DNA from: Planctomycetota bacterium
GTDB taxonomy: Bacteria; Planctomycetota; JACOTG01
NCBI GenBank assembly: GCA_016178505.1
Contig: JACOTG010000253.1
Location: forward strand, 2,243-66,242
Length of the DNA: 64,000 bases
Direction: 5' to 3'
Below, piece by piece: positions 37,912 to 47,709 of the stretch. The notes beneath the pieces were generated by a model. That model was not told the origin of the DNA. It saw nothing but the letters and a program-made list of their open reading frames with translations, and ran no database searches. A program made the position numbers and the translations under genes. How positions within the stretch are numbered: position 1 is the stretch's first letter; each line of letters starts with the position of its first letter.

Positions 37912-39036
37912 TCAATGCACCACCACGCCGCGAAAGGGGTCGTTCACGTAGTCGAGTGCCCAGGGTCCGTCGATCTCGAGCGCGTGCTGCCATCGCGCCG
38001 CGGGGTCGAAGAAAAGCGCGCCGACCTCGCGCGACGAGAAACCGAACGAGACCGCGAACGGAGAGATGCCGCGATCGTTGCCGAGAGGCCCGCTGTAGAG
38101 GTTCCCGTCGTAGGTGCGCGGCATCTTCGCGATCGTCAGGCGCGAGTCGTGGTAGCGGCACGGATCATCGAAGAGTCGGCCGTCGCCGACGAGAGACCCT
38201 GCGACGAGAAGCGGCCACAGCTTGGCGGTGGTCGACTCGAGGCGATAGGGGACGACGCCGGAATCGAAAGAACGGGGCTCGTCGACGCGTTCATCGTCGT
38301 GCGCCGCGCGCAGCTGCAGTCCTGATCCCTTGCTAAACGTCGCTCGTCCGATTCCGTCGATGCTCACGCGCGAGCAGCTGTCATCGGTCCCGTAGATCCC
38401 GTGTCCCTGCGACTCGACGAAGACCGCGACGTGGAATCCGCCGGGACTCGGATGTCCGTCGTCGTCGAGCGTGACGAAACTGTCTCGGACTCGCACGTCG
38501 CCGTCGCGAAAGGTCGCCCTATCGCGAGCATACGCCCGACCGCGATAGTGCGCTTGCGCGAAGAGGAGTACGGGCCGGCCGCTCGCCTTCTCGACGACCA
38601 CTTGAAAGTTCTCGCCGTCGTTCTCGTGCACGTCCTGGAGTCCGAGGCGAATGGGCGCCCAATCGCGCGGGTGGAACAGGTGGAAGGTGAGAAAGCGATG
38701 CGTCTCCGTTTCGAGCGACGCGTAATACACGGTCGGGGTGAGACGAAAGCGCTCGATGTTCTCCCAGTTGTCGTTCCCGATGAGGTCGCCGTCGAAATCG
38801 ACGTTGCACGGGAGGTCTTCGCGGCCGCGCTTGCGGTCGGTCGCCTGATAGACGAACGGCGAGTAGCGCCGAGCCCACTCGAGGTCGCGATCGACGACGG
38901 GAGGCGGCGAAGCGTCGCGCAATTCGTTCGCGTAGTGTGGCGCGGTTCTGCAGCCGAGCGTGAGGATTGTCGCCTGGAGCGCGAACGCGACGACGAGCGC
39001 CACCGCGCCGCCGCCCGCGATGCATTTCCGGGTCAC
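37912..39036 (-). CDS. Hypothetical lipoprotein with His/Asp motifs
   Basis: C-terminal part of ORF 37912-39969 from GTG 39036; lipobox TLGC; DFDGDLIGNDNWEN, FHPRDW, HENDGE and ESQGHG motifs. Confidence 0.7.
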   Translation of the reverse strand: MTRKCIAGGGAVALVVAFALQATILTLGCRTAPHYANELRDASPPPVVDRDLEWARRYSPFVYQATDRKRGREDLPCNVDFDGDLIGNDNWENIERFRLTPTVYYASLETETHRFLTFHLFHPRDWAPIRLGLQDVHENDGENFQVVVEKASGRPVLLFAQAHYRGRAYARDRATFRDGDVRVRDSFVTLDDDGHPSPGGFHVAVFVESQGHGIYGTDDSCSRVSIDGIGRATFSKGSGLQLRAAHDDERVDEPRSFDSGVVPYRLESTTAKLWPLLVAGSLVGDGRLFDDPCRYHDSRLTIAKMPRTYDGNLYSGPLGNDRGISPFAVSFGFSSREVGALFFDPAARWQHALEIDGPWALDYVNDPFRGVVVH

Positions 39037-39038
39037 GG

Positions 39039-39986
39039 CTACCTCAGCGCGAGCTTCCAGCACTCGAGCATCGACTTGTCGAGCCGAAGGATGCCCGCCC
39101 GCGTAACTCCATCCGGCGGCTCGCAATGGGCGACCATCTTGTCGTAGACCCGCTCGCGCTCGACTCCGTCGACGCGGGACAGAAGGTGCCACAGCGTGAG
39201 GTTGTCGATCTCGCGCGCAGCGTCCAGCACTTCGTGGAGCGCTGCGCTGCCGCCTTTCTCGAAGTCGAATCGATAGAGCGCTCGCTGCAGCGCTTCGGGT
39301 GCGTCGCGCATGAACGGCGTTCCGGGGCCGATTCCCGGCCGCGTGCGACACTCGGCGTTCTTGATCACGTACGACTCGCGTCCATCGCGCTCGAACGACA
39401 CCCATCCGGAGCTGACCGAAAGCACACCCGCACCCGTACGGTCGACTTCCAACGTGTAAGCGCACCCGAGATCGACGGCAACGGCCGACGGCGTCTCGAC
39501 CAGGAACAGGCGCGGCGGCGCATAGACCTTCGCGCTGATCGAGCCGTGCGCGAGATTGAGGCGGTGCTCGTCGCGACCCGTCGCAACGAGGCCGATGCGC
39601 GTGTCCGGCTCGACGTCGACGTGGCCGATGTTGGCGGCGTCGATGCGCGCGCGCGATTTGCCGTCGGTCTCGAGCCATTCGCCGATGCCGAGCTTCGCCG
39701 ATCCGTCGAACGCCGTCGTCCCAACGCATGGCGCCCCATCGACGCGCGAGACGTCCCACGCCGCGCCCGGCGCGGAATGCGGACGCGAGAGGCTCACGAC
39801 GAACGCGACGACCGCGGCGGCGGCGACGAACGCCGCAACCCACAACCATCGGCGGATGCGATTGCGAGAAGCGGTGGCGACGTCGGGCGCCGGTCGATCG
39901 TAGCGAAGCGTCCCGAGAACCCGTTCCAGACGCTGGACCTCGGGGTCCGGCTCGCCGGATCGATCCCACAGGTACGAATCGCTCAT
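39039..39986 (-). CDS. FecR-domain anti-sigma factor
   Basis: MSDSYLWDRSGEPDPE, one TM helix, then FecR-like LAHGSISA...FLVETPSAVAVDLGC; lies directly downstream of an ECF gene. Confidence 0.85.
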   Translation of the reverse strand: MSDSYLWDRSGEPDPEVQRLERVLGTLRYDRPAPDVATASRNRIRRWLWVAAFVAAAAVVAFVVSLSRPHSAPGAAWDVSRVDGAPCVGTTAFDGSAKLGIGEWLETDGKSRARIDAANIGHVDVEPDTRIGLVATGRDEHRLNLAHGSISAKVYAPPRLFLVETPSAVAVDLGCAYTLEVDRTGAGVLSVSSGWVSFERDGRESYVIKNAECRTRPGIGPGTPFMRDAPEALQRALYRFDFEKGGSAALHEVLDAAREIDNLTLWHLLSRVDGVERERVYDKMVAHCEPPDGVTRAGILRLDKSMLECWKLALR

Positions 39987-39990
39987 GTGA

Positions 39991-40536
39991 TCACTCCAAA
40001 CCCGGAAGTCCGAGTTTTTCGCGAAGCTGCTTCATGCCGCGGCACAAGTTGACGCGCACGGACCCCGGCGTCAGGCCCGTCCTCTCCGCGATCTCGGGGC
40101 CGGTCATCCCTTCGACGAGGCGAAGGATCAAGGTCTCTCGATAGGCCTCTGGAAGCTCGCGAACGACGGCGAGCATCTCCTCGGCTTCGGCCCGGCTTGC
40201 GTGCGTCGGGCCCGCTCGCGCCATGTCGTCCTTCAACTCCTCCACCTTCCGCATGCGGCGCCGAAAGTCGCTCGCGCGGTTGCGGGCGATGACGGCGAGC
40301 CACGACCCGAACGTCCCGGCATCGCGCAGAGTGTGCAGCTTGCGCAGCGCCATCACGAAGACGTCCTGCACGAGGTCGTCGGCCTCGCGTCGCGGGCCGC
40401 GCGCCAGCAGGATGCCGTGCACCATGCGCGCGTAGAGGTCGTGGAGTCGGCCGAATGCGAGGCGATCGCCGGCACACGCAGAGCGCACGAGATCGGCGTC
40501 GTCGGTCGTTGCGACCGGCGCCGTTCGCGAAGGCAT
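39991..40536 (-). CDS. ECF RNA polymerase sigma factor
   Basis: EADDLVQDVF, FGSWLAVIARN and LPEAYRETLILR...GSVRVNLCRG motifs. Confidence 0.92.
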   Translation of the reverse strand: MPSRTAPVATTDDADLVRSACAGDRLAFGRLHDLYARMVHGILLARGPRREADDLVQDVFVMALRKLHTLRDAGTFGSWLAVIARNRASDFRRRMRKVEELKDDMARAGPTHASRAEAEEMLAVVRELPEAYRETLILRLVEGMTGPEIAERTGLTPGSVRVNLCRGMKQLREKLGLPGLE

Positions 40537-40789
40537 TTGCTCGAACACGATGATAGGGTGGCCGAGGTGAGGGCCCCGGTCAATGCTCGCCGAAGTGCCG
40601 CGCACGACCCACGAAACCGTTCATGACTGGTACTCCTCGATTCGGGGGACCGAACAGGGACGCCGAGTTGCGGGCCGGCGTTAACGCCGCGAGGGCCGCG
40701 TTCATTGGTCATTTGTCTTTCGGGGTCGTTCTGCTAGCTTTTTCGGCCGATCGCCGATCGTTCGCCGACCCAAAGGAACTGGAGGACTC

Positions 40790-42505
40790 ATGCGCGCGCT
40801 CACGCAGATTGCCATCGTCACGGGAATCCTCGCCGGGGCGGGTTGCCAATCGACGGCACCCTCGGCTTCGTCGCCATCGAAGGACGGCTCCATGAACACG
40901 ACATGCCGGACGTTTCTCGACAAGCTCACCGAGAAGATCCGACCGGTCGAGAGGCAATCGAACCTGGCGTGGTGGGAGGCCAACACGACCGGAGACGACG
41001 CCGCATTCGCGCGTCAAGTCGAGTTCGCCAACCAACTGGACGCGATCTACGCAGACCCGACGGCGTTTTCCGAGATCAAGAGGTTCCGCGACTCGAAGCA
41101 GGTGACCGATCCGACGCTCACGCGCGAGCTCGACGTCTTCTACTTCGCGTTCCTCGGCAAGCAAGTCGACCCGTCGCTTCTCGCGAAAATGAACGAGAGA
41201 TCGACCGAGGTCGAGAAGAAGTTCAACGCGTACCGAGGCAACGTCGACGGAAAGGAGATGTCGGACAACGAGATCCGCGAAGTCCTCAAGAGCTCGACCG
41301 ACAATGACCTTCGCCGCAAGGCGTGGGAAGCATCGAAAGGCGTCGGGCCCGTGCTGCTCGCCGACCTCCGCGAGCTCGTGAAGCTACGCAACGAATCGGC
41401 GAGGAAGCTCGGCTTCGAGAACTTCTACGTGATGTCGCTCGCGCTGAACGAGCAGTCCGAGAAGCAGGTGCTCGACCTCTTCGACGATCTCGATCGCCTC
41501 ACTCGCAAGCCGTTCCTCGACGCGAAGGCCGAAGTCGACCAGCGCCTCGCGAAGCGCTACGGCGTCGACGTTGCCGACCTGCGGCCGTGGCACTACCAGG
41601 ATCCGTTCTTCCAGGAGTCGCCGAAGGTCTACGACTGCGACCTCGATGCGATCGACGCGAAGGTCGACGTGCTCGCGACGTGCCGCGACTTCTACGCCGG
41701 CATCGGCCTTCCCATCGCCGACGTGATCCAGCGCAGCGACTTCTACGAGAAGCCGAAGAAGAACCCGCACGCGTTCTGCACGAACATCGATCGCGGCTCG
41801 GACGTGCGCGTCCTCGGCAACATCAAGCCGAACGACTACTGGCTCGAGACGATGCTCCACGAGCTCGGCCATTCGGTCTACGAGAAGGGATTCGGTTCGA
41901 GTCTGCCGTTCGCGCTCCGCACGCCGTCGCACACGCTCACGACCGAAGGCATCGCGATGATGTTCGGCCGCCTTTCGAAGAGCGCGCCGTGGATGCACGC
42001 GGCCATCGGCATGTCGGATGCGGACGCGCAGGCGATCGGGCCCGAAGCGTGGAAGATGCTGCGCTTCAACGAGCTCGTCTTCAGCCGGTGGTGCCAGGTG
42101 ATGCTGCACTTCGAGCGCGAGCTCTATCGCAATCCCGACGGCGACCTCAACAAGCTCTGGTGGGATCTCGTCGAGAGCTATCAAGGCGTGAAACGTCCGG
42201 AAGGTCGGGATGCGCCCGACTTCGCCGCGAAGATCCACATCGTTTCGGCGCCGGTCTACTACCACAACTACATGATGGGCGCTTTGTTCGCATCCCAGGT
42301 GCACCGCACGATCGCGCGCGACGTTCTGCATCAGGACGAGCGCGCGTGCGTTTACGTCGGCGACCCGCGCGTCGGCCGCTACCTCACCGATCGCGTCTTC
42401 GCACCGGGCAACCTCTACTCGTGGAACGAGCTGACGAAGTACGCGACGGGCCAGCCGCTGACTCCGGACGCGTTCGCCGCGCAATTCGTGCAGGCGAGCA
42501 ACTAG
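40790..42505 (+). CDS. M2/M3-type Zn metallopeptidase lipoprotein (peptidyl-dipeptidase A-like)
   Basis: Lipobox GAGC; HELGH, downstream TEGIA and KIHIVSAPVYYHNY motifs; GGAGG RBS. Confidence 0.9.
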   Translation: MRALTQIAIVTGILAGAGCQSTAPSASSPSKDGSMNTTCRTFLDKLTEKIRPVERQSNLAWWEANTTGDDAAFARQVEFANQLDAIYADPTAFSEIKRFRDSKQVTDPTLTRELDVFYFAFLGKQVDPSLLAKMNERSTEVEKKFNAYRGNVDGKEMSDNEIREVLKSSTDNDLRRKAWEASKGVGPVLLADLRELVKLRNESARKLGFENFYVMSLALNEQSEKQVLDLFDDLDRLTRKPFLDAKAEVDQRLAKRYGVDVADLRPWHYQDPFFQESPKVYDCDLDAIDAKVDVLATCRDFYAGIGLPIADVIQRSDFYEKPKKNPHAFCTNIDRGSDVRVLGNIKPNDYWLETMLHELGHSVYEKGFGSSLPFALRTPSHTLTTEGIAMMFGRLSKSAPWMHAAIGMSDADAQAIGPEAWKMLRFNELVFSRWCQVMLHFERELYRNPDGDLNKLWWDLVESYQGVKRPEGRDAPDFAAKIHIVSAPVYYHNYMMGALFASQVHRTIARDVLHQDERACVYVGDPRVGRYLTDRVFAPGNLYSWNELTKYATGQPLTPDAFAAQFVQASN

Positions 42506-42701
42506 AGCCGAAGGCGCTCGCGTCAGAGATCTCGGAGCCGATCGGCGAATCGGCGTCGATCGGGTCTCGCGCCGAGTGTCGTCGACGCTTGCTCGCGACG
42601 CGTACGAAGGCCTCGCGCACGACCGCGTGCGAGAAACGCGGGCCCATGGAATCGCTCCATGCCTGGGCATTTCCCAGAATCCGAACGACGTCGTGCGATC
42701 G

Positions 42702-43790
42702 TCAGCGCGAGTCGAACAGCGAGAGCTGGCCGCCCGTCGGACGGCGGAAGGCGGCGGTCGACAGCTCGGGCCCTCGATCCGCGAGCCCGGCCTTGCGACA
42801 CGCGATCTCGAACAGCGACGCGATCTCGTCCGCGAAGACGCCTTCGCCCTTCATGCGCGATCCGAAGCGCGGGTCGTTGAGCTTGCCGCCGCGGAGCGAG
42901 CGGAGGCGGTTCAGCACCTTGGTGGCGCGCAGCGGAGAGTGCTGCGTCAGCCACTCTTCGAACAGCGGGCGGACCGCGTGCGGAAGCCGCAGCATCACGT
43001 AGCTCGCGGATTGCGCTCCCGCTCGCGCGCACGCTTCGAGGATCGCCGGGATCTCGTGGTCGGTGAGACCCGGGATCACGGGCGCGACGAGCACGGAAAC
43101 GGGAACGCTCGCGCGCGACAACTCTTCGATCGCGGCGAGCCGCTGTTTCGGCCGTGACGTGCGCGGCTCGAGCACGCCGACGAGGTCGTCGTCGAGAGTC
43201 GTCACGGAGACGTGAACGGCCGCGGCGCGATCTCGCGCGAGTGCGGCGAGGACGTCTCCGTCCCGCGTCACGAGCCGGTTCTTGGTGACGATCTCGACCG
43301 GGTTTCGAAACTCGGCGAATACCTCCAGGCAGCGTCGGGTGAGCCGGAGCCGTCGCTCGATCGGCTGGTAGGGATCGGTGACGCCCGAGAGAGCCACGGA
43401 TCGCGGCGTCCATTTCGGCGACGACAGCTCCCGGCGTAGGAGGTCGGGCGCGTCCTCCTTCACGAAGATCTTCGTCTCGAAATCGAGCCCCGCGGACAGG
43501 CCGAAGTATTCGTGCGTTGGCCGCGCGTAGCAGTAGATGCAGCCGTGCTCGCAGCCGCGATACGGGTTGATGCTGACGTCGAACGGAACGTCCGGGCTGT
43601 CGTTCGTCGTCAGGACCGAGCGCGAGGCGTCGCGGAAGAACTGCGTCGTCGGAAGTACCGGATCGTCGTCGACGAAGTCCAGGTCCGGAACGAACTCGAT
43701 CTTCTCGAATCGATTCGGCGGGTTCGAGGCCGCGCCGCGGCCGTGGAAGCCGGAACCACCCGTGCGGTCGATCCTGCCGTCCACGGCCAC
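42702..43790 (-). CDS. Radical SAM protein, PA0069/SplB-like family
   Basis: NPYRGCEHGCIYCYAR, TDPYQPIE and LEPR motifs; C-terminal QLSLF resembles a beta-clamp-binding motif. Confidence 0.93.
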   Translation of the reverse strand: MAVDGRIDRTGGSGFHGRGAASNPPNRFEKIEFVPDLDFVDDDPVLPTTQFFRDASRSVLTTNDSPDVPFDVSINPYRGCEHGCIYCYARPTHEYFGLSAGLDFETKIFVKEDAPDLLRRELSSPKWTPRSVALSGVTDPYQPIERRLRLTRRCLEVFAEFRNPVEIVTKNRLVTRDGDVLAALARDRAAAVHVSVTTLDDDLVGVLEPRTSRPKQRLAAIEELSRASVPVSVLVAPVIPGLTDHEIPAILEACARAGAQSASYVMLRLPHAVRPLFEEWLTQHSPLRATKVLNRLRSLRGGKLNDPRFGSRMKGEGVFADEIASLFEIACRKAGLADRGPELSTAAFRRPTGGQLSLFDSR

Positions 43791-43797
43791 ACCGGCG

Positions 43798-45846
43798 TCA
43801 GTTCTTCGAAGCTTCGGTCGCGTCGAAATCGATGGACTTCAAGAACGCGTCGAAGACCGCCGTGTCTTCCGGCGTTGCGACCCCATCGGCGGCGAAAACG
43901 TAGAGCGACTCGCCATCGATGACATACACCGCTCGGCGCTTCTTTGCTTCGTCGGCGAATCCTTTTCCTTTGCGCCCATCGATGACGACTTCGCCGATCG
44001 ACGCCGCGCCCTTCGAGGTGAATCGCTCGTCCATCATGCTCGGCTTGAATTCGGCGGGCACGTACGCAGACGTCACTTGGATCGAGCAATCGGCTCCGCT
44101 CGGCGACTTGCCTTCGATCCGGAGAAGCTCATTCGAGATCTCGGCGGCGGCCTTTCGAGGCTGGAATGTGAAACCGTCCGGCTTCGTCAGCGCGAGGCTC
44201 CAGAGCCGGTTCGTGTATCGATTCCCGTCGATCTTCACCACGTCGTCGTCCGACGGTCGCAGGGTTCGGCCCTTGCTGGTGATCTCGACGACGTCGATGT
44301 CGATGTTGCCGATCCCGGCGAGCAAGTTGCCGAACTCCTTGGCGAAGCTTCCGTCCTTGAGCGACATTTTCGAGAACGCGAGGTGCAGCGGATCGACGAA
44401 GCCGTAGCCGTTCGTCGCGTCGAGCGCATACCACTCGCCGTCGATCCACACTTCGTCCCACGCGTGACCGCCCCAGACTCCGCCGACGTACTCCAAGCCC
44501 ATCACGGGTCGCGCAGGGATGCCGGCCGCGCGGCAAAGCGCGGCGAGGAACACCGAGTGCTCGGTGCAGTCACCCGAGCGGTTCTTGCACACCTCCAGCG
44601 CCGAGGCGAACGCGACGTCCATGTTCTTGTTCGTCACGTTGTCGTCGACCCATCGCTCCAGCTTCTGAGACGCCTTCCACGCGTCGGTTTCGTCGCCGAC
44701 GACGTCGTTCGCGACCTTCACGATGTCCGGCGCGTCCGACTGGATCATCGGGTTCGGAGCGAGGAAGTCCGCAAGCTCGGCCGAAGGATTGCGGAGTGGT
44801 CGCGTGCCGGTCTTGCCCGGCGGCGGCACCGTACGACGATTGCGGAGCAATATCGTTCCGCCGGCTTCTTTCGATTCGACCGCCTGCCGTGCATCCTCGA
44901 GGTTGGGGAGATTCACGTCCGCCGATTTCGGCCGAATGCGCAGCAAAGCCGACTCGGTCGTGCGCGGGTTCGGGATCAGCTCCTTCGACGTGACGAGGGT
45001 CTTCGCGAAGACGTCGGGCGACAGAGTTGCCGCTTCGGCGGAACCGCTGAGGGCTCGCTCGCGGTTGACGCTGAACGTCTCGATCTTGAGTCCCATCATC
45101 GGAACCGACGTCTTCATCGGATCGCCATTCTCGGCGACCCACTCGGAGGTCTTGAACATCGGCATCACGTCGAGCGTCGTCTCGAGCTTCGTCAGCGTTT
45201 CCTTCTTGCCGTCGAGAAGTTCCGTTTCCTCGGGCCCGATGATCGTGACGTGAGCCGTCGCCGGACCATTCACTTCGGCCGCGAACGTCTTGGCATCGTA
45301 GGTCGTGCCCGGCTTCAGCCCCTTCTCGATCGCCAGGCGCTGGATCTTGTACGGTCCGAGCGCGTCCGGCGGACAGTTGAGAGTCGATTCGTGCTTCGAT
45401 CCGAACGTGTCCGTCACGACCTGTGCCTTGCCGCCGCTGAACGTCACGTCGGTGATCGTTTCCTTCGCGGATTGTTTTGAAACCGTGTGGATGCGGACGA
45501 GCTCTCCGCTCTCGCGCTCGAGGGTGGTCGACGATTGCGCGACTTCGATTGCGGCGCCGAGGCGCTTCATCGAAACCTTGGTTTCGATTGCCGTTTCGAA
45601 GAGCGGCCCGGAGGCGTCGGACTTCTTGCGGATGGTGGTGTGCACGTAACCGACGTCGCTGCCCACCATGCGCATGAGATCCCATCGCTCTTCGATGAGT
45701 TCATCTACCGGCTTCGGCGCGGACGCCGTCGAAGCGAGCATTTCCGTTCGAGGTGCGTCGCCTCCGCGGCAGCCGAGTGACAGCACCAGCGGGATGGCGA
45801 GCAAAATGCAGAGCGACGTCCAGAGACGGCGTGAGGCTCGGGTCAT
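43798..45846 (-). CDS. Transglutaminase-like domain lipoprotein
   Basis: ATG 45846 follows GGAGGAG; lipobox SLGC; triad GDCTEH...HAWDEV...LDAT. Confidence 0.9.
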   Translation of the reverse strand: MTRASRRLWTSLCILLAIPLVLSLGCRGGDAPRTEMLASTASAPKPVDELIEERWDLMRMVGSDVGYVHTTIRKKSDASGPLFETAIETKVSMKRLGAAIEVAQSSTTLERESGELVRIHTVSKQSAKETITDVTFSGGKAQVVTDTFGSKHESTLNCPPDALGPYKIQRLAIEKGLKPGTTYDAKTFAAEVNGPATAHVTIIGPEETELLDGKKETLTKLETTLDVMPMFKTSEWVAENGDPMKTSVPMMGLKIETFSVNRERALSGSAEAATLSPDVFAKTLVTSKELIPNPRTTESALLRIRPKSADVNLPNLEDARQAVESKEAGGTILLRNRRTVPPPGKTGTRPLRNPSAELADFLAPNPMIQSDAPDIVKVANDVVGDETDAWKASQKLERWVDDNVTNKNMDVAFASALEVCKNRSGDCTEHSVFLAALCRAAGIPARPVMGLEYVGGVWGGHAWDEVWIDGEWYALDATNGYGFVDPLHLAFSKMSLKDGSFAKEFGNLLAGIGNIDIDVVEITSKGRTLRPSDDDVVKIDGNRYTNRLWSLALTKPDGFTFQPRKAAAEISNELLRIEGKSPSGADCSIQVTSAYVPAEFKPSMMDERFTSKGAASIGEVVIDGRKGKGFADEAKKRRAVYVIDGESLYVFAADGVATPEDTAVFDAFLKSIDFDATEASKN

Positions 45847-46220
45847 GAACGGCTCCTCCAAATCGAAGGGGTCGGGTGCGAACTCGAGGCGCTTTCGTAC
45901 ACCGTTGCTCTCGCAGTGGGCAACGCGGGCCGGAACCATACGCGGGGCGCAGCATTCCGTTCCGGCCTCGACGGCGCGCGAAGGTACCATGACGCGCTTC
46001 CGGGCGCGATTCCCGACGGGAGGTGATATGTGATTGCAACGCATCGGTTCGGCGTTCGAAGTCGAGGCCGGTGGTGAGCCGCGCCTCGCGGTCCTCGACA
46101 CCGGCTCTCCCATGGTCCTCCTTTCGAAGAGCTTTGTCACCGAACACACGCCTCCAGACAAGCTCCGCACGATGGCACCGCCGATGCTCACGCTCGAGGG
46201 ACTGAAGAACGGATGGGCCG

Positions 46221-46250
46221 TTGACTCGCCGACGCCGCCAGGCCTATCCT
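46221..46250 (+). promoter_or_regulatory. Putative sigma70 promoter
   Basis: TTGACT-N18-TATCCT ends about 45 bp upstream of ATG 46295. Confidence 0.5.
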
Positions 46251-46294
46251 CTCGGGTGCCGGGTCCGGCGAAGACCCGGAAAGGGGAACGAACG

Positions 46295-46972
46295 ATGAGA
46301 CTGGTGCGCGTTTCCGCCTTCGCTGGAATGCTACTCGGCATCGGCTTGATGGGGCTCGCGGACGACGACGAAAAGGCTCCGACGCCTTGTCCGGAGCACC
46401 GCGACCTGGTGAAGGTGCTCGACGAACATCTCGTCGACGCCGAGAAGGCGCTCGCGTCGAACAAGCTCGAGGAAGCGGCGGCTCGTCAAAAGCAGATCCT
46501 CGACGATCTCGACAAGATCATGAACCTCCATGCCGGGCAGGGCGGCTGACCCGGCGGCGGCGGCTGACCCTTCGGGGGAGGCGGCTCGGGCGGTTCGTCC
46601 GGGCAATCGACGGGCGGCGGCGGCAGCGACGACGCGAAGAAACGCGAGTCATCCGCAGAATCGAAACAACGCGAGGAGGCGGCGCGCGCGAGGCCAGATC
46701 ACAAGTCGGGCGCGCCCAAGGATGGCAAGGAGTCGAACGACCCGAAGCGCGACTCCGGGAGATCTCGCCACCGTCCACCGGATGCAGCGAAGGCGGGCCG
46801 GTCCGACGCGAACTCGGCTGGTGTCTGGGGCAACCTGCCGGCGCAGGTCGTCCAACAGCTCGGCACGGTAGTGACGTCGCCATTTCTCGCGAAGTACCGC
46901 GATGCGCTCGAGTCGTACTTCAAACGCCTCGCGGATTCGGAGACGAGCACCGGGACGTCGAAACATCGCTGA
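46295..46972 (+). CDS. Secreted protein with two in-frame UGA codons (candidate selenoprotein or readthrough, 225 aa)
   Basis: AAAGGGG RBS and signal peptide; TGA at 46547-46549 and 46565-46567; the frame then stays open for 134 codons and ends WGNLPAQVVQQL...KYRDALESYFKRLAD...KHR-stop. Confidence 0.7.
46584..46604 (+). promoter_or_regulatory. Candidate bacterial SECIS hairpin
   Basis: GCTCGGGCG-GTT-CGTCCGGGC forms 9 bp (two G-U). The loop starts with G, 25 nt after the second UGA. Confidence 0.45.
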
Positions 46973-47037
46973 TCGCGACCGCCGTCTTGTAGAATCCCGA
47001 AGCGCGTTCTCCTCTCCCCAACGAAAGGATGGATCTC

Positions 47038-47622
47038 ATGGAACCGCTCGCTCGGAACATCATGCGATCACGGGTGATCACCGTGACGCCGGAAACACCG
47101 CTGTCGGAGCTGGCGCGGACGTTCGTCGAGGACGGGATCAGTGGCGTTCCCGTGGTGCAGGTCGACGGCAAGCTCGTCGGTGTGGTGAGCCGCACCGACC
47201 TCCTCGAACGCCTCGTATCGGGGAGCGTCACGCCGGGGATGGGGCCGTATTTCACGGAGTTGTTCGCGGCGTCGGAATCCGAAACTCCCGATGAGCCGAT
47301 GTCGGAGATGGAAGCAGAGTCGGAACGCGAACAGCTCGGCACCGTCGACGACATCATGGAGAGTGACGTCGTCACCGTCGCGCCGACGACTCCCGCATCC
47401 ATCATCGCTGCAAAGATGGCGCGCGGACGCGTCCATCGCGTGGTCGTCGTCGATCGGCAAAGGGTCGTCGGGATCGTTACCTCTCTCGACATGATGGGCC
47501 ATTGGCAGATGCCGGCGGCGCCGGTCGTCACGAAGAAGCCGAAGGCGGCGGTGGTGACGGCACGGGCGCGACCAAAGCCCCGTGCGAAAAAGGCGCGGAA
47601 GGCGGCGGCTGGCCGGAGGTAG
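47038..47622 (+). CDS. CBS-domain pair protein with a basic Lys/Ala tail
   Basis: ARNIMRSRVITV...GVPVV...GVVSRTDLL and VDDIMESDVVTV...GIVTSLD. Confidence 0.92.
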   Translation: MEPLARNIMRSRVITVTPETPLSELARTFVEDGISGVPVVQVDGKLVGVVSRTDLLERLVSGSVTPGMGPYFTELFAASESETPDEPMSEMEAESEREQLGTVDDIMESDVVTVAPTTPASIIAAKMARGRVHRVVVVDRQRVVGIVTSLDMMGHWQMPAAPVVTKKPKAAVVTARARPKPRAKKARKAAAGRR

Positions 47623-47639
47623 TTTCAGGCATCGAACGG

Positions 47640-47689
47640 AAACGAGAACAACAGAAAGCGGGTCGGGACCGGAAGGCCCCGACCCGCTT
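47640..47689 (-). terminator. Rho-independent terminator between convergent genes
   Basis: Minus strand reads AAGCGGGTCGGGGCC-TTCC-GGTCCCGACCCGCTT followed by TCTGTTGTTCTCGTTT. Confidence 0.85.
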
Positions 47690-47709
47690 CATTTACGTAG
47701 TCGGACGGA

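Noticed and set aside
46034-46549. 171-aa ORF as listed in the track
   Set aside because: The RBS and signal peptide point to ATG 46295, and coding character continues past the TGA.
46547-46567. Genome-wide UGA reassignment (genetic code 4 or 25)
   Set aside because: Many genes here end at TGA, several with coupled GTGA/ATGA overlaps, and Trp is encoded by TGG.
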